NCBI RefSeq assembly: GCF_004010195.1
Contig: NC_057758.1
Coordinates: 9,729,481 to 9,763,872 of the forward strand
Source of the DNA: Chiloscyllium plagiosum
Taxonomy: Eukaryota
Length of the DNA: 34,392 bases
Direction: 5' to 3'
The translations under genes and the position numbers were made by a program. Below the pieces are notes generated by a model that searched no databases, was not told the DNA's origin, and saw nothing but the letters and a program-made list of their open reading frames with translations. Shown in pieces: positions 33,140 through 34,392 of the stretch (position 1 is the first letter of the stretch; each line of letters starts with the position of its first letter).

Positions 33140-33855
33140 ACCTTGGGGAAAATGAATCTACAGAGAGATCTGGGTGTTCAGATCCATTGTACCCTGAAAG
33201 GGGAAACGCTAGTCGATAGAGTGATCAAGAAGATATACAACATACTTTCCTGCATCGGACAGGGTAGAGAGTAAAACATGTGGCAAGTCATGTTACAGTT
33301 GGAAAGGACTTTGGTTCAGCCACATTTGGAATATTGCGTACTTTTCTGTTCACCAATTACCAAAAGGATGTGGATGCTTTGGAGAGGGTGCAGAGGAGGT
33401 TCACACATAGGTTGCCTGATATGGAGAGTGCTAGCTATGAACAGAAGTTGAGTAGATTAGGAGTATTTTCAGTAGAAAGACGGAGATTGAGGGTCTACAA
33501 AATCACAAGAATTTTATGCAGGGTGGATAGCAAGGAGCCTTTTCCCAGAGTGGGTGATACAATTACTATGGGGTCACAGTTTCAAGATGAGAAGGGAAAA
33601 GTTTAAAGGAGATACACGTGTAAAGTTCTTTATGCAGAGGGTGGTGGGTGCCTGGAACACGATGCCAGCAGAGGTGGTAGACGTGGGCACTATAGAGTCA
33701 TTTAAGATGTATCTAGACAGATAAATGAATGGGCAGGGAGCAGAGGGATACAGACCCTGGGAAAATAGGTGACAGGTTTAGATAGAGGATCAGAAATAGA
33801 GCAGGTTAGGACAGCTGAATGGCCTCTTCCTTTGCTGCAATTTTCTTTGTTCTTT
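33140..33855 (+). mobile_element. CR1 3' fragment
   Basis: QRDLGVQIH..; DVDALERVQRRFT..LSRLGVFSVERRRLR; 3'UTR GAATGGCCTCTTC. Confidence 0.88.
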
Positions 33856-33859
33856 TTTC

Positions 33860-34110
33860 TTTGATGTTAGTCAGGAGAGCTTTACAACACCAACAAAGCT
33901 ATTTCTGCCATTGGCTTTTTGGAGGCTTTGTCAATGTCAGGTGGTCCATTCAGATTCACTTATTTGTTAAGGTTTAGTAGCGATTGACACAACTGAAAGG
34001 CTTGTTTATCCAGTTCAGAGATCAGTCGAACGTCAACCCATTCCTGTGGCTGTGAAGTCATATAGAGGCCAGACCAGGTAAGGATAGCAGATTTCTTCCC
34101 ATGAAGGATA
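33860..34110 (-). mobile_element. Further decayed CR1/L2-group LINE fragment
   Basis: GGCCAGACCAGGTAAGGATAGCAGATTTCTTCCC-type sequence; recalled resemblance only. Confidence 0.4.
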
Positions 34111-34207
34111 TTTGTGTAATTTTATTCTATGAAGCAGCATTTAGGATTAACAGTAAATCTAAGAAATACTCAAATAATTTTTAAAGGTCTTTGGACTTCT
34201 GGGGTGG

Positions 34208-34392
34208 ATGTTGCGCCGATCCAAGCCCACCTAACCTACACAAGCCCACTATCCTCCATATGCCTATCCAATGCCCGCTTAAATGCCCATAATGAGGGAG
34301 AGTCCACCACTGCTACTGGCAGGGCATTCCATGAACTCACGACACGCTGAGTAAAGAACCTACCCCTAACATCTGCCCTATACCTACCCCCC
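34208..34392 (-). mobile_element. Young CR1 3' region lacking its tail, runs off the window
   Basis: Reverse complement closely matches 22346-22506. Confidence 0.9.

Overview
Vertebrate intronic DNA, almost certainly from a shark or other cartilaginous fish (HE1 V-SINEs, Deu-domain SINEs, abundant CR1 LINEs and Penelope-like elements). It comes from a draft assembly with two N-gaps. The only host coding sequence I can support is one 132-nt internal exon of TSPEAR (+, 20475-20606). The rest is mostly nested transposon debris: many CR1 copies including a near-full-length one (9311-12737), a Gmr1-like SCAN-gag Gypsy provirus (24863-28783, -) inserted into a Rex1/Babar LINE, a related solo LTR (14097-14813), three HE1 SINEs, old DeuSINEs flanking the exon, and several Penelope-like element (PLE) pieces. 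The most interesting signals are: (i) minimal hammerhead-ribozyme motifs in every PLE terminal repeat, with compensatory stem II changes; (ii) a recurring PLE architecture in which the terminal tail is missing from the 3' end and sits inverted at the other end, including an ORF-less two-hammerhead fold-back element; (iii) a short bipartite CR1 derivative (5'UTR monomers fused to the 3' tail) that replaces a large deleted part of the Gypsy provirus; (iv) an RFX X-box conserved in two diverged LTRs. I cannot claim a wholly new system from sequence alone. Family names rest on remembered motifs, and boundaries of decayed repeats are approximate.
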